Made by a program: the position numbers and the translations under genes. A stretch of 64,000 bases of DNA from Hormiphora californensis. Lineage: Eukaryota > Animalia > Ctenophora. Position 1 is the first letter of the stretch; each line of letters starts with the position of its first letter. Where the stretch lies: the NCBI GenBank assembly GCA_020137815.1, contig CM035359.1, positions 5,642,001 to 5,706,000 on the forward strand, given 5' to 3'. Below, piece by piece: positions 12,917 to 39,214 of the stretch. A model generated the notes under the pieces. The model did not search any database, was not told the DNA's origin, and worked only from the letters and a program-made list of their open reading frames with translations.

Positions 12917-13559
12917 CAGGGACGGCGCTGGGCCGTCGGCCCAGCAAGTCCCTGTGTGTCCGAAAATTTTGGACATTTTGAGGCGTTTTTAAACGATTTT
13001 AAGCATTTCTGAACTCCTTTTGTGAAAAATGGAAAAAAAGATGAAAGTTTCCTGATCACGAGAAAAAAAATGATCTGCACGCACACACAATTTTCTGGGT
13101 GAACCGGACACCCTGGTCACGTCAAAATGCACTGTGGCGCGCGGAAGAACCCTCTTTATGCTCTGCCGTGCGTTACAGGTGCGCGCAGTGAACCTGGGTG
13201 TCCGGCAGAGCTCCGGACGGCCAGTGTTAAAATCTGGGTGTTTTGGGAGTGCTGACAAACGGTTTTTTAGGGTTAGGGCTAAAATAGGGTTAGGGTTTGG
13301 TTTGGGTTGGGGTTAGGCCTTGACATTCCCTACTAGATAAACTTTGAATCAGCCAAAACGGTTGAGTGGTTTGGCGGTTAGAGCCATTTTAGTGAATCAA
13401 CTTTTTTGGCAGCGCACACCTGTAAACAGGCCTCCAAACACCCAGATCGTAACGGCGCCCGCTCCGGACACCCGGCTGCGCGCAAATCCAAAATTTCGCA
13501 GTTTTCACCGATTTTTTTCAAATTCTTTTTGTTTTTTTTCCATTTTTTCTTCATTTCTC
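12917..13559. mobile_element. Non-autonomous element with terminal hairpin, internal inverted repeats and GGTTAG-like microsatellite (Helentron/HINE-like)
   Basis: Hairpin CAGGGAC..GCTGGGCC-GTC-GGCCCAGC..GTCCCTG at 12917-12957; inverted repeat ~13195-13250 vs ~13430-13475 flanking AGGGTTAGGG..GGGTTAGG. Confidence 0.45.
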
Positions 13560-15566
13560 GGCAGGTGAGTAGAACTTCGCTCCTAATAAAAGGCTGCAAT
13601 AAAAGGCTGCAATAAAAGGCTGCAGAAAAAGGCTGCAATAAAAGGCTGTAATAAAAGGCTGCAATAAAAGGCTGCAATAAAAGGCTGCAATAAAAGGCTG
13701 CAATGGATCACGTATCCAACTGGACTAAAGCGGGGGATAGACCGAATCGTCCTCCCCTAATAGTGTTTCGTATCACGTATCGGCTGTAGAGAGACCGAAT
13801 CACCCTCCCCTAATTATAGTGATTCGTGTCACGTATCCAACTAGACCATAGGCGATAGAGAGACCGAGATAGAGAGCGAGTACGAGTGAGAACTGAGAGA
13901 GTGAAAAATCAGAATCACGGTATGGTATCCTCTAATGAAAAGCGGTTACCAATTGACTATGAGACCTCATCGGTCCCGATACGTGATTCTCTACCGCTAT
14001 GTATTCTCCATTAGTCTTTCCGTATCGATCCACGATTCAGTAGAGGTAGTCAGTAACTACTGAGAGTGTTGGTCTAATGAGGTAGGGTAGATCTATTGAT
14101 TGAGCGTGTAGCACAATGACAGGTGGACCACCCAACCACTTGGTTCACCTATCGTAGTATTATGTGTGATTCCGCTCTACTGAATTGTGTACATAAAGAC
14201 TATTGGCGAATAACGGTAGAAAATCAGTAATCACGTATTGGCACCGATTAGGTCAAATTATAGGTATTAGGTAACCGCCTTTCATTTAATTGATTAGAGG
14301 ATATCATGAAACGTGATACAATACTTGATTAGTCGTCCATGATTCGGATCTCTCACTCTCACCTCTCTAACTCTCTATCTCGGTAAGCGGTAAATACTCA
14401 CTCGGTTCTTCACATTTTTCGGACGTTTTTGACCATAACTCAGCCATTTCTTGACCAATTTGCAAAATCTTGGGCTCATTGGAAAGAAGACATTAAGAGC
14501 TTTCCAATGAGCTCTAAAAAATGAAAATCGGCGCAAAATGTGCGGCGCTATGGCGAAAACGCGCATTTTACGCCATAGCGCCGCGCATTTTGCGCCGATT
14601 TTCAATTTCTAGGGCTCATTTTAAAGATCTTAATGTCTTCTTTCCAATGAGCCCAAGATTTTGCAAATTGGTCAAGAAATGGCTGAGTTATGGTCAAAAA
14701 CGTCCGAAAAATGTGAAGAACCGAGTGAGTATTTACCGCTTACCGAGATAGAGAGTTAGAGAGGTGAGAGTGAGAGATCCGAATCATGGACGACTAATCA
14801 AGTATTGTATCACGTTTCATGATATCCTCTAATCAATTAAATGAAAGGCGGTTACCTAATACCTATAATTTGACCTAATCGGTGCCAATACGTGATTACT
14901 GATTTTCTACCGTTATTCGCCAATAGTCTTTATGTACACAATTCAGTAGAGCGGAATCACACATAATACTACGATAGGTGAACCAAGTGGTTGGGTGGTC
15001 CACCTGTCATTGTGCTACACGCTCAATCAATAGATCTACCCTACCTCATTAGACCAACACTCTCAGTAGTTACTGGCTACCTCTACTGAATCGTGGATCG
15101 ATACGGAAAGACTAATGGAGAATACATAGCGGTAGAGAATCACGTATCGGGACCGATGAGGTCTCATAGTCAATTGGTAACCGCTTTTCATTAGAGGATA
15201 CCATACCGTGATTCTGATTTTTCACTCTCTCAGTTCTCACTCGTACTCGCTCTCTATCTCGGTCTCTCTATCGCCTATGGTCTAGTTGGATACGTGACAC
15301 GAATCACTATAATTAGGGGAGGGTGATTCGATCTCTCTACAGCCGATACGTGATACGAAACACTATTAGGGGAGGACGATTCGGTCTATCCCCCGCTTTA
15401 GTCCAGTTGGATACGTGATCCCTTGCAGCCTTTTATTGCAGCCTTTTATTACAGCCTTTTATTGCAGCCTTTTATTGCAGCCTTTTATTGCAGCCTTTTT
15501 CTGCAGCCTTTTATTGCAGCCTTTTATTGCAGCCTTTTATTAGGAGCGAAGTTCTACTCACCTGCC
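13560..15566. mobile_element. ~2.0 kb near-perfect palindromic element with subterminal 13-bp tandem repeats
   Basis: GGCAGGTGAGTAGAACTTCGCTCCTA...TAGGAGCGAAGTTCTACTCACCTGCC; (AATAAAAGGCTGC)n at 13585-13703 and its mirror at 15423-15541; centre ~14563; mirrored ORFs 14375-14605(-) and 14521-14751(+). Confidence 0.93.
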
Positions 15567-16755
15567 AAATGTTTTGAATTTTTTCCCCGCCTGGGTTTTC
15601 CCCACCCAGATGCCTTTTGCAAAAAGGCATAGGGGGTTTAGAATTAGACAATTTTACAATTACATACTAGTGAAGTGTCACGCTTTTCCTGTAACGTAAC
15701 CTCCTGAGTTGCTGTTGGCAACTATCCAGTGCGGAATGCTGTCACTTACTGACTGAACACAACAGGAAGTTTGCGCACATGTGCGCGGCGCCTTTATGTT
15801 GCACTTGCAATTACAATTGTTCATAGATTTGTCATCGCGTCCTACGTCATTGTGCAATGAACATTGTTCTGCATTTGTGATCGGAACTGCGACTTATTAT
15901 TACTAGGATATCACATAGCTCAGGCAACCCATCAGCTATACCGGCTCACGTATCAGTGCCCAATTAGAAGCAGGTGTGGCAACTGGCACATGCCAGATCA
16001 CATGGTTGGCGGGGAAATCAGGCGGTATGGCATTATACCGCAATTATTCTTGTTTTAAATAAGTGGGTCAATCATGTAATTTTAGCTGATAATTAACCTA
16101 CAAAACTAGATCCAAAAGCCAAACAAGTTTGATGGTAAAGTAGAGCCACAAAAAGACGTGCAAAAGTTTTGATATGAAATTTCGAGCGGGGCCTTTCGCC
16201 CCTGGGATGCTGTTAAAATCGTGTTCTCGATCATGATAGTCAGCCGTTTATCGAATTGTGAATGGATACGTGGCGACTAATTTGTCTCATATAAGACCGT
16301 ACTCTTCGCACCGGGCTCGGTGCGGCTACGTGAGGCCGCGTAGCGAGTACGGTCTTACCCCAAAAGGTCTACTTGGATTTGAAACACGCCGCACAAAGCA
16401 AATGCTGTCGCACGCCAACTCTTCTCTCTATATAGTCTAAATGCGTCTCTCGCTTTTCCCACGCACGAAAGTCGGGCGAGCCTTTTTTAACACTTTAACG
16501 CACCGCGTTTCATAAATTTGCGTGTGATAAAGCAGGGTTTGGGGTATGACTGTCCTGAGTGTCCATCGAGGTTGTGCGATGTACAGTCAGTGTCTGACAA
16601 TGACTAATCGGGGTGATACCGTGATAGAGGCGGAGAATCACATAGTCCAGTGCAGTTACCTAGTTGAAGTTTCCCCGACCTTTCAGCTTAAATGTGACTA
16701 ACCTGTGAGAATAACTGGTCCCCACAATATAGCTGAGAAGAGAAGACAACGAATC

Positions 16756-19700
16756 ATGTTAACACACATACTAATAATAGTGGTAGTGTTAGGTATTTAG
16801 AATATTCAAGTGAAGATTTTCAGCGAATATATATACAATATATGTTATGCTACATATAGATATGTAATTGCATGACTCTAATAATAATAAATTAATAATA
16901 TAATTAGTCACTAATTATATCTAAATCATACCGTTATCCTATAAAAGCTAACTGCAAGTTAATATATTGGACAACATAATATAATAATTTTCTTTATCTC
17001 TCTCACTCCGTGACCAAGCTATAAGTACTATCCAAGTTTGACGTGTCTGACGTCTGTGCTAGGAGAGTACTCCAACAAATCTTTTATTCTAATTTTCTCT
17101 CCATTCTCTTATTATATGTTTCTCTCTCAAGCATGTGTGCCAAAGCTAATGGTCTTGTTATTTTTCATAAAGCAGATCGGACACATCCCTCTCTCTTTCT
17201 TTTTTCCCTTCCTCCCTTTCTTCCTTCCTCTCCTCTCGTCTCTCTCCTTTCTCTCTTTTCCTTCTCTCCTCTTCTCCCTCCTTCCCTTTTCCCTCCTTTC
17301 CCTTCTCTCTCCTCTCTTTTTCTCTCTCTCTCTTTTTCTCTCTCTCTCCTCTCTCTTCTTTTTCCCTTCTCCATCCCCCCTTCTCCCTTTTTCCTTCTCC
17401 TCCTCTCTCTCTCCCCTCCTGGGTTGCCCTTCTTTAAACTCGGGATTTTCCCCTCCTTCCTCCGTTTCCTCCTCCTCTCTTTTCTTTGCTTGTCCGGGTT
17501 CTTCTTTGTCATATTTTTCCTTTTCCCCCCCCCAAAAAAGGGAAATTCTCTCCCATTTTTTCTGTTTTTTCTTTTCCCCTTCCGCCCCCTTTTTCCCCCT
17601 CCCCTTCCCACCTTTTTCCTTTTCTTCCCTTTTCCCTCTGTTTGCTTAATTATTTAAAACCCAAAACGGGGAAAACAAACATCCAAAACAATGCGGCTCA
17701 CCTGGTTTAGAAAAGTTTTGCATTTTAACCCCCCGTTTCATGATCAAAATATTTATACTAATTTTCCCGTTTGGTAAGCCCTCAAATTCTTTTTTCCCCC
17801 CAAGGTTCCTAAAAATTTCTTTACAAAAAATAAATTTTTTTTTTGAACCCGTCTTTTTGAAAAGTTCCCAAAAAAAGCCCGTTAACAAAAACCCTGCAAA
17901 AGAAACATGGCAAACCCCGTACGACAATTCAAATTAACAAAAATTATTTTAATTTTTTTTTAAAGGGGTTTTTGGGTATTCCTTGCCAAATTTTAATTAC
18001 AAATCTATAAAAAAACAACCCAAAAAAACTCCGGGTTTTAATTTAACCCGTTTGGGGGGAAAAATTCTTTGGGCCCCCTTTGTAAATCTTTTTTTTTCCC
18101 CCTTTCCTTTTTATTTGGGTTTTTGGGTTTTTTTAAAATTCCCCAAATTTGCCCTTTTTTGGGAGGATTTTTAAAAAAACAACAAAAAGGGCAAAAAAAA
18201 ACCAAACATTATTTAAAAATTACCAAAAAAAAATGGGGGAAAGTTTTGGTTTTTTTCCCTTTTTTTTTTCCCCTTTTTTAAAACCGTGGAATTTTTACCA
18301 CAAGATCAACTCCAAATTACGAAGTGTCAGTGCTCATCTCGGTGACGTTGCCAATAGAAATTGAGAATCTTTGCATTTGTAAACCCCGGACGGATTTCAT
18401 GATCACGTATTGTGATACATATTATTATCCGATGATTGGTAAGACGTCAATCTTGCCCCCAAAGTGTTCGCGTAAAAATTCTCTACAACGCTATTTTTTG
18501 TTTGAACCGTCGGGTTTTTGATATGATCAATTTAATGGAGCCCAGTTATGAACAAAAACCCTGGTCACGCAAAGACAGTGGGACACCCTGTACGCAACAA
18601 TTCAAATTATTACACATTATATTGCACATTTTTTCTAGGGTCCTCTGGTGATCAGTAGCTCTCAGTTGGCTGGCTTAGAAGTGAGGATTAGCAAATCTAC
18701 TAACAGCAACAGCAACAACACACGTCGAAACAATGCTAACAATAACCACCGTAAGTGAGAATTAAATATCATCGGCCGTCTTTCAGTATTCACATCTATT
18801 TTATATTTCCTACAATAATTCCAGTTTGATATCTAGTCCGGCTCAAGTCTGACTATTCTGAACCAACAGGTCCAACTCTAACTATTCTGAACCAACAGGT
18901 CCACGCAGTAGCTCCTGTGTAACGAGAAACAATGCAAACGAGAGGACTGAGGTAAATACAGTTAACTAGATGAGTTGAGTTTTGTGCATGATTACCGAAA
19001 AGCAAAAAAAATCATAAATACTATGTTCCCCGACTTTGACCAATTTTGACCATTTTTCCTAATCTATACAATATTGTAAACCAACTCCCAACATCATCGG
19101 ACACTCATAATTTGAGCGTTTTTCGTGTTTAGACTTTAGTCTCGACAATTTCTTTTGCCACAGCTTGTGAAAAAGTGCTTGATGCATGCTGTGAGATGTA
19201 GACACAGAGACAAACAAATACATGTGGCGTGATATCACCTCTTATTTTCTCTCTGTCTGCCTCTCTATTCCTTTCTGAATTCGTCTATCTCTTCCACTCT
19301 CTCTCTCTCTCCCCTCCAAAGGTTTTTGATGCTGACGTCATGAGTGCTTGGTCTTCCTTTGACCTGAAAAGCTACGAGTTAAAGGAACCCCGACCGGCAA
19401 CTACTGGTTCAGGTCGCAGCTATTCCTGTTCTTCCTCAACCACCACTCTATACAATAAGGTAACCCCCCTTGGAGTTGGTTACTCGGAATAAGTAATGCT
19501 TCCCCCTTCCCCCTACCCTGGTAAAGTAGTAATAGCCCCCCCCCCCCTCCCACCTGGTAAAGCGAGGCAACCTGGTAAAGCGAGGCTAACTTTGCACAGA
19601 AGCCTTCCTCGAAGAAATTTTTGTGACGTCTACTTTCTAGATTTTAGAAGACAAGTGTCTCTCTCTCTTCACTTCAGTGATGTTCACTAGGTGATTTGAA

Positions 19701-20303
19701 ATTTTGATAAGCAAAAATTTTATGAAACGTATTTTTGGTTTTATCCAACGGTAAACGAGTCAATGAGTGAAGGAGGCAACTTGTAAACTGGCTAACTTTG
19801 CACAAAATCTCGAATCGCTTCCAAACTCAGTAAACTGATTCTAAGAATATGAAACTAAAAATGAGTATTATAATTCCTAAAGCCTACTTTTGGGTTAAAT
19901 AACAAAAAAGAAACCGATAAACATTATTTTACCAGGACGGAAGACCGATGTCAGCAAGGATGCAAAAGGAGCACAGAAAACTGGACCACATCTTGCAGAC
20001 AACTGGTTCGAAGCTTATCAGAAATCTTGATGCTGACTATGACACGTTTCTAAAGGTGAGTTATTTGTATAATTATATTTACTTTTTTTGTTTTAAATTT
20101 TCTTTTACAGAAAACTTTCTGAATTTAATTATTTTACTCTTTCGTTTACCATCTAGGCTCTGAAGATGGAAAAGTGTGTGCCGAAAGGGGTATCTGATTC
20201 TGTTTTAGGGGAAAAATTGCAATTATCGGGGCCGAGACGTAAACTGCAAACAGCAAGGGGCAAAAATTCAAGAAAAATTCTAGGGGGAACTGAACTAGTT
20301 TGA
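16756..20303 (+). CDS. Orphan putative secreted protein, ~200 aa, 6 exons
   Basis: Exons 16756-16792 (MLTHILIIVVVL), ~18639-18750, 18899-18951, 19322-19459, 19936-20055, 20157-20303 (TGA); canonical GT-AG with consistent phases except one extra G at ~18639; no recognised domain. Confidence 0.6.
19498..19810. repeat. Interspersed repeat fragment in intron
   Basis: CCTGGTAAAGCGAGGC tandem; segment 19622-19750 recurs, diverged, at ~25074-25200. Confidence 0.6.
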
Positions 20304-21888
20304 GTAATAATTCAAGTGCCTGTTTATACTTACTATGGAGCTATTCCTCCGTGATTGAATCGAGCCTATAACTGGACTTGTTTGGGTTTATCTGTAACAA
20401 GGCCAGAACTGTACATCCGTACAAGAACTCCCCATTCTCACTGAGTTCTTTTAGTATGACAGATAATATACGAGGTGTAATATATATATATAATAATGTA
20501 TGTTTGTTTTGTGTATGTATTTTTGTTCAGGGTTTTTATGTGCTGCGTTTGATTTTGTCAGGGAAAGAGGATAAAATCTGGTTTTTGTGGAGCCACAATG
20601 CACCCTCATTCATCACGTCACATGTGCACAATAAGCATTGTATCCTTCTTTGATTATTTTCGTTCCTTTTTGGTTTTTTCACTTTTTTGTTTTTGGGGGT
20701 TTTTTTTTAAACCAAGGCCCGAACTGTACTCCGTAAAGAAAATCCCCATTTCTCACTGGTTCTTTTTGATGACAATAAAAACCCGGGGTAAATTTTTTAA
20801 AAATTATTTGTTTGTTTGTTTTGTGTTTATTTTGTTCGGGTTTTTTGTGCTGCGTTTTTTTTTGTGGGGGGTAAAAAACTGGTTTTTGGAGCCCCAATGC
20901 CCCCTCTTTCCGTCACATGGCCTGCTTGTTCCTTTTTTTTGTTTTTCGTTCTTTTTTTCCTTTCGTGGTTTTCTTTTCGTGATGTTTGGGATTCATGTTT
21001 TTAATTTTCTTCAGGGTGTTTTTTTTTTTTTAAAAAATTTAATTTTTTTTCCCTCCCTTTCTTTTCTCTCTTCCCCTCTCTCTCTCTCTCTCTCTCCCTC
21101 TCTTCTCTCTCCTCCTCTTCTCTCTTCTCCCCTCTCTTCTCCCCCTCTCTTTTCTTTTCTCTTTTCTTTCTCCTCTCTCTCCCCTCCCTCTCTTTCTTTC
21201 CCCCTCTTCTTTTCTCCCTCTCTCTCTCCCTTTCTATCTCTCCCCTCTCTTTTTTCTCTCTTTTTCCCCCTTTTTTCCTCTCCTTCCTCTCTCTCTCTCC
21301 CCCCCCTTTCTATTTTCTCTTCCTTCCTCCCCTTCCTTTCCCCTTTTCTCCTCTCTCTCTCTTTTTCTCCCCCTCTCTTTCCGAATTTTCCACCCCGGAC
21401 GTTTTTTCTACAGAAAGAATTACAGGAGAAATAAGGGGAAAATTCTCATTTTGTTACCCATCGTAGCTCCCATCAAAAACAAAATTGAACAAATTTTCGA
21501 AAAAGTTCCTCATCCCAGGGCGGCTCCAGCCCTATTTCGGGGGATGCATGGCTGAAAGCACTTCCCTAAAGTAGCATTTGCGAGGAGGCCCAAGGGGGCC
21601 CAGGGAGCTCCGCCCAGGGGGGGCCAGGGGCGCAGCCCCCAACCCGGGGGGCCAAGGGGGGGGAAAACCCCCCAAATTTTGTTAACTAAACAAAAATTTT
21701 GGGTTTTTAACTTTTTGAAACCCCGTATTGGGTTATCGTCGTTTTGAAAAAAAAAATTTTCGCGCCAGATAAGCAGCTGGGGGAAAAAACCCGCTGGTTT
21801 AACAGTTTCCCCCCCCCTTTTTCACGGTTTCTCTTCATTTTTTAAAACATCGGTAAAAAAAGAGGGGAAGTTTGTAACGGCCCCCGTT

Positions 21889-24800
21889 TGAAGTTGGCTG
21901 TTCCCAGCGCGAGCTGGGGACAGCCAACTGGAGTTTAATCGCCCGGCAGGGCGATTAAACTGGTTTAAATCCCGACTCCGATCCCGAGGCGCCAGCCGAG
22001 GGTGAGGGGGAGGTGATTTAAACCTATAACGCGATAGGCTAACAAACGTTCATATTTTATGAAACCCGATAGTAATTACACACAAATAAGAGACACAACA
22101 CAAGGTGAAACACACTAGAACTGTTGGTATCCAAGACACCTCACACTCGCGGCCTTCGTTTGGCGCGCTTCGCGCGCCGGCAAGGGAGGGGTAACTTCGT
22201 TACCAACTAGAACTGCTGGTAAATAGTCAACAGATACCCTGAAAATGTGTGTAGACTTAGTGTCTACTGTTCCTAACATGTTTGAGAAAGAGAGAGAAAG
22301 ATTAGGGGCAATACACACTGTCAGAGGTAATGAACAGTAAAAGAGACAATGAGAGAGAGAAATGAATGGAATGTGATTCTTTTCACTCCTTATGAGAGAG
22401 ATAACATTGAAACGTGTTGCAGACATGTTTCCCCTTTCTTCTGTTGACAGAACTGTGTGTTTACACACATTTTCAATACTTAGAATTTTACACGCATGTT
22501 ATTCAAATGAAGAGAAACGCGTGAAAAAGAGAGCGGGACTGTTAAACAGCGAGCAGGGTGTTAAATCTCCCAGCTAGCAGTTATCATGAGCGCGCAAAAT
22601 CTTAAAACGACTGATAAATCAACTATCGGGTTTCATAATTCTAAGTATTGAAAATGTGTGTAAACACACAGTTCTGTCAACAGAAGAAAGGGGAAACATG
22701 TCTGCAACACGTTTCAATGTTATCTCTCTCATAAGGAGTGAAAAGAATCACATTCCATTCATTTCTCTCTCTCATTGTCTCTTTTACTGTTCATTACCTC
22801 TGACAGTGTGTATTGCCCCTAATCTTTCTCTCTCTTTCTCAAACATGTTAGGAACAGTAGACACTAAGTCTACACACATTTTCAGGGTATCTGTTGACTA
22901 TTTACCAGCAGTTCTAGTTGGTAACGAAGTTACCCCTCCCTTGCCGGCGCGCGAAGCGCGCCAAACGAAGGCCGCGAGTGTGAGGTGTCTTGGATACCAA
23001 CAGTTCTAGTGTGTTTCACCTTGTGTTGTGTCTCTTATTTGTGTGTAATTACTATCGGGTTTCAGGGCGATTTCAAATATTGGTAACAATTCCCACGGTC
23101 AAAAAGTCACATTTGTTTACTTTTTCCAAGTTTCAGGCTAAAATATTCGATCAATCAATATCAAACATCATTAAGTTTTGTTAATACATGCTAATCTATC
23201 ACGTCATTAAAATCTGGTTGTTCTATGTGCTCGGATTCAGGAGATAGTTAGCCTTTGGAAAATGTCATTTAATGGGTTTCCTGACATCGTTAGGCATTAG
23301 ATTTTATAGCTATTCTATAAAAAAGTTTACAGGCTAACACGTGTATATTAAATGTGAAGGGGTAATGGGGGGTTTTCAGTGAGTAAATTAAGGCTAAAGT
23401 TCAATAAATTGATTCTAATGTTTTCCTTAGAATTTGAGACTGAAGTTTACTTTTTTGACAGCCTCGAGTAATTATGCACTCATAAATTAAATTTATTTGC
23501 AAATATTCGTCCTAATGTTGATATTAGTGACGATTTCAAGGCTAAACGCTACTTTTTGAAGGTTATTTACATAAATAATCGTTTCTAACAATCAGAAGAA
23601 ATGTTTTGAAAATTAGAATAGATACTAAAATGATTTTAAAGGCTATTGTATCGTTAAATACATAAATGTGCTGAAAAAATAAGGCTAATTTTGACTAAAA
23701 TTTCAAATTTTTTAATTTTTTCGACATTTTAGCCTGAATTTAACCACATCTATCAAAATTCATACATGATTTAACCCAATGATATTAAGATTGATAGTTT
23801 GACTGTAAAGAAAGGCCAAAATTTGCTTATAATTACTAAATACAATGGAATTAGTCACTTAGCCTGCTTTTTTACACACTTATCTGTCAGTTAGCCTGCT
23901 AAAACTAACACTTAATGGTCGTATGATGAACTGTAATGGAACTCATAACGAAATTGTTACAGGGGACCTTAAAATAAGTACTTTAGCGGTGAATATAGCC
24001 ACTAAATGAAATCGGCAACTATTCCAGAATACTCGATTTTAGCCTGATTTTAACCACATATAATATTAGTTTTGCTTGATATCACTCAATAATCATGTAT
24101 TAAGCTATTTTAGCTTAAGAAAAGAAACCAAATATGATTTTCATGAAAGATATCATGAAATTAGTAGTTTAGCCTGCTTTTTTACACACTTATCTGTCAG
24201 TTAGCCTGCTAAAACTAACATTTAATGGTCGTATGATGAACTGTGGGGGAATTAGTAACTAAATAAGTATACGTAGCCTTAAAATCAGTGCTTTAGAGCC
24301 ACTGAATGAAACCGGCATAGATAGCTATTACAGAATACTCGATTTTAGCCTGATTTTAAGCACATGTAGTATTAGTTTTGCTTTCTCAAGTTAAAGAATC
24401 GTGTAAATAACTACTTTAGCTGAAGAAAAGAAGCAAAATGTGCTTTTTTATTAAGAATATAGTGAAATTTGTAATTTAGCCTGGTTTTTTACTCTCTTAA
24501 TCATCGATTAGCCTGAAAAAATTACTGACTATCTATCAGTTGAACGATTATGCTACTTCTAAGTAAATAAAAATGACATTTTAGCCTAAAAATAAGCACT
24601 TATCAACGATTAAATGAACCTAAGGTCGTCATTTCCACCAATTAGCCTGGCTAATTTTCCCTGAAAAGTTTCACCAATTTAAATTAGCCTTTATGAAGCT
24701 AAAATTAATGCTATTTTTCTCCTCCTTTTTAGAATATAAAAATTAAATTTTGAACTTAACCAACTAACTAATTCCATACGAAAATGAACAAGATTTCATT

Positions 24801-25043
24801 GCTAAAAATATGATTTATTCAGGCTAACGAAATTTGTTACTTTGGGGCCTTATTTTTTGAAATCGCCCTTCATAAAATATGAACGTTTGTTAGCCTATCG
24901 CGTTATAGGTTTAAATCACCTCCCCCTCACCCTCGGCTGGCGCCTCGGGATCGGAGTCGGGATTTAAACCAGTTTAATCGCCCTGCCGGGCGATTAAACT
25001 CCAGTTGGCTGTCCCCAGCTCGCGCTGGGAACAGCCAACTTCA
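21889..25043. mobile_element. ~1.35 kb foldback element with hairpin-rich termini, right arm interrupted by a 1.8 kb insertion
   Basis: 21889-22063 is the reverse complement of ~24869-25043; 22060-22487 is the reverse complement of 22637-23064 (identical mirrored 117-aa ORFs); loop ~22488-22636. Confidence 0.9.
23065..24868. mobile_element. AT-rich non-autonomous TIR element (GGG termini, 4-bp TTCA target duplication; Kolobok/piggyBac-like target)
   Basis: TTCA|GGGCGATTTCAAA...TTTGAAATCGCCC|TTCA; the empty site can be reconstructed from the mirror arm; many AGGCTAA/TTAGCCT motifs; internal duplication ~23850-23950 / ~24160-24245. Confidence 0.85.
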
Positions 25044-25584
25044 TAACGCGCCAGTCTACAAACGTTCATACTTCATGTGACGTCTACTTTCTAGATTTAT
25101 GAAAGCTACAATGCTCTCTCTCTCACTCAGTGATGTTCACTAGGTGATTTAAATTCGGTTGTGATCAGTCAAAAATTTTACTGAAAATTTTGTATTTTTG
25201 GGGTGGTTTCCCAATCCAAATGGTCTCAGACAGTCTTGGCACCCCCCTGGAGCCAGCCCTGCCTCAACCAGTTGTAAACACGATAGCTCAATCATATTCT
25301 CTCACCCTTGTGACCATCTTTCTTTTGCCCCAGAGAGAGGGGGGGGCGATGGGTCTAAAAAATCACTTTTGAGGTTTGGTCCGGCTCCAGCTATTGACAC
25401 CCCCCCCCCCTCTGGTAACAATATCTTTTTGCTCTCTCTCCCTATAACGGCCTACTCCCTAGTTTAATTTTTCTTTTACTCTCTTAGCTCCAGTGATACT
25501 GGCAATTATTGACAAGTAAAAATATGTAGAACCCAGATCTGCTTATTCTGTCGGCTTTGGTTTGTGTTTCAATGCAATACTCTC

Positions 25585-39214
<13,630 letters not shown>

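Noticed and set aside
13268-13318. Interstitial telomere (TTAGGG-like)
   Set aside because: Only a few degenerate units inside a transposon-like element
17180-18300. Long Leu/Ser/Phe- or Arg/Glu-rich ORFs and homopolymer-rich sequence
   Set aside because: Degraded (CT)n tract followed by a noisy copy of ~18340-18650; looks like low-quality consensus, not coding
20660-21880. 278-aa ORF and apparent tandem duplication of 20378-20660
   Set aside because: Homopolymer-inflated duplicate next to a (CT)n tract; probable assembly artefact
22115-23009. Identical 117-aa ORFs on opposite strands (similar pairs at 14375/14521 and 34544/35718)
   Set aside because: By-products of palindrome symmetry; no recognisable protein motifs
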